From contig NC_045696.1 in NCBI RefSeq assembly GCF_009834535.1, forward strand, positions 46,936,001 through 47,000,000: a stretch of 64,000 nucleotides of DNA, written 5' to 3'. Below the pieces are notes generated by a model. It worked only from the letters and a program-made list of their open reading frames with translations. It ran no database searches and was not told the origin of the DNA. This document shows positions 62,993-64,000 of this stretch, one piece after another. The stretch's first letter is position 1; each line of letters starts with the position of its first letter. Source of the stretch: Camelus ferus. Lineage: Eukaryota. A program made the position numbers and the translations under genes.

Positions 62993-64000
62993 AGTGTTCT
63001 AGTTGCTATTTATGGATAACAAGATACAACAAAATTTTGCAGCTTAAGACCTCATTCTATTTGTAGTGTTAAAGAAAAACCAAAATGGAGGCCACAGTTT
63101 GAATATACCCCTAGACCAAACATTCATAGCCACATAACCAGAACTTAAGCTGTCCTGGTTTCCTTGAAATGCTGACTCTGATTTTAAACAAATCTTAAGC
63201 TTTCTTCATGTCAGGGTGAACTTACAGCTTCCTAGCCAATCATCTACAAATTAGTGAGCTTATATAGTGCTGTCACCCTAAAACAAATATAAGTTTCTAG
63301 TAAACCAGTCACAGTAGAAAACAACGTACAGTTTACCCTTGAACAACATGGGTTTAAACTGTGTGGGTCCATTTATACGTGCATTTTTTTTCAATACTAA
63401 GTATAGTACTGCATGGTTGGTTGAATCCAAGGATGCTGAACTGCAGAAAGAGAGGGCCTATGAATTTGGAGAAACCATGTATAGAGAAGGCTGACTATAA
63501 GTTACATGCAGATTTTCCACTGCGCTGAGACAGGTGCTCCTAACCCTAGGGCTGTTCAAGAATCAACTGTATGTTCTCATTCATGCTTTGTAAACTGAAC
63601 TGTAACTGCTGAGACCTGAACTTTGTATCACTTTTGAAGTCTCTCTGTTTATGAACAATTTTTCCTTGCTTGATAAAGTATTTATATTAAGTAAAGCTCT
63701 CTGAATTTTCTTTTGATAGTATATTCTGTGGGCCAGGAACTCAAATACAGCATATCAAGCATGGCTCGTCTTTTCTCTATAATGTTTCGGGCACTAAGTA
63801 GGAAGACTGGAAGTCTGGGGCAGCTCGGTGTTCAGGGGCTGGATTCCTCTGAAGGCTAATTCACTTATGACAGGCACCTGGGCTGGGATGGTGTGACGAT
63901 GAGGACTGCCCACTAGAGGGCCTACACATGGCCTCTCCATGCGGCTTGACTTTTACAACAGGATGACCTCTGGGTAGTCAGGCATCTTACAGTTTGGCTT
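62993..64000 (-). mobile_element. MLT1 LTR split by a nested LTR (about 63067-63718) that itself contains a MITE
   Basis: Reverse MLT1 start (..GCAGCTTAAGAC..) resumes at ATTCTGTGGGCCAGGAACTC..CACATGGCCTCTCCATG after the inserted TGTTAAAG... element. Confidence 0.75.
63329..63569. mobile_element. Tigger2/MER8-like MITE
   Basis: TA|CAGTTTACCCTTGAACAAC ... GTTCAAGAATCAACTG|TA, i.e. TIRs with a TA TSD. Confidence 0.9.

Overview
Mammalian genomic DNA, AT-rich and repeat-rich. It is probably camelid, inferred from a tRNA-derived SINE of the camelid Vic-1 type; I recognised no Alu, B1/B2, Bov-tA or PRE-1 SINEs. The window holds the 5' part of the ciliary transport gene IFT57 on the minus strand. 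Coding exons 1-9 can be read with GT-AG boundaries and one continuous frame (49763 down to 831); the remaining 3' exons lie left of the window. The promoter is a CpG island with clustered RFX X-boxes, a perfect CRE and GC boxes. The introns and the 14 kb upstream contain L1, L2, MIR, DNA-transposon and LTR relics, including a decayed ERVL provirus. The most unusual structure is a 131-bp inverted repeat (129/131 identical, 160-bp spacer) in intron 5 at 27829-28250, which is not made of any SINE or LINE I recognise. It would fold the IFT57 pre-mRNA into a long duplex with two A:C mismatches and may sit within an ancient Gypsy-like integrase relic. No prokaryotic-type system is present. Repeat family names come from recalled consensus features and need Dfam/RepeatMasker confirmation.
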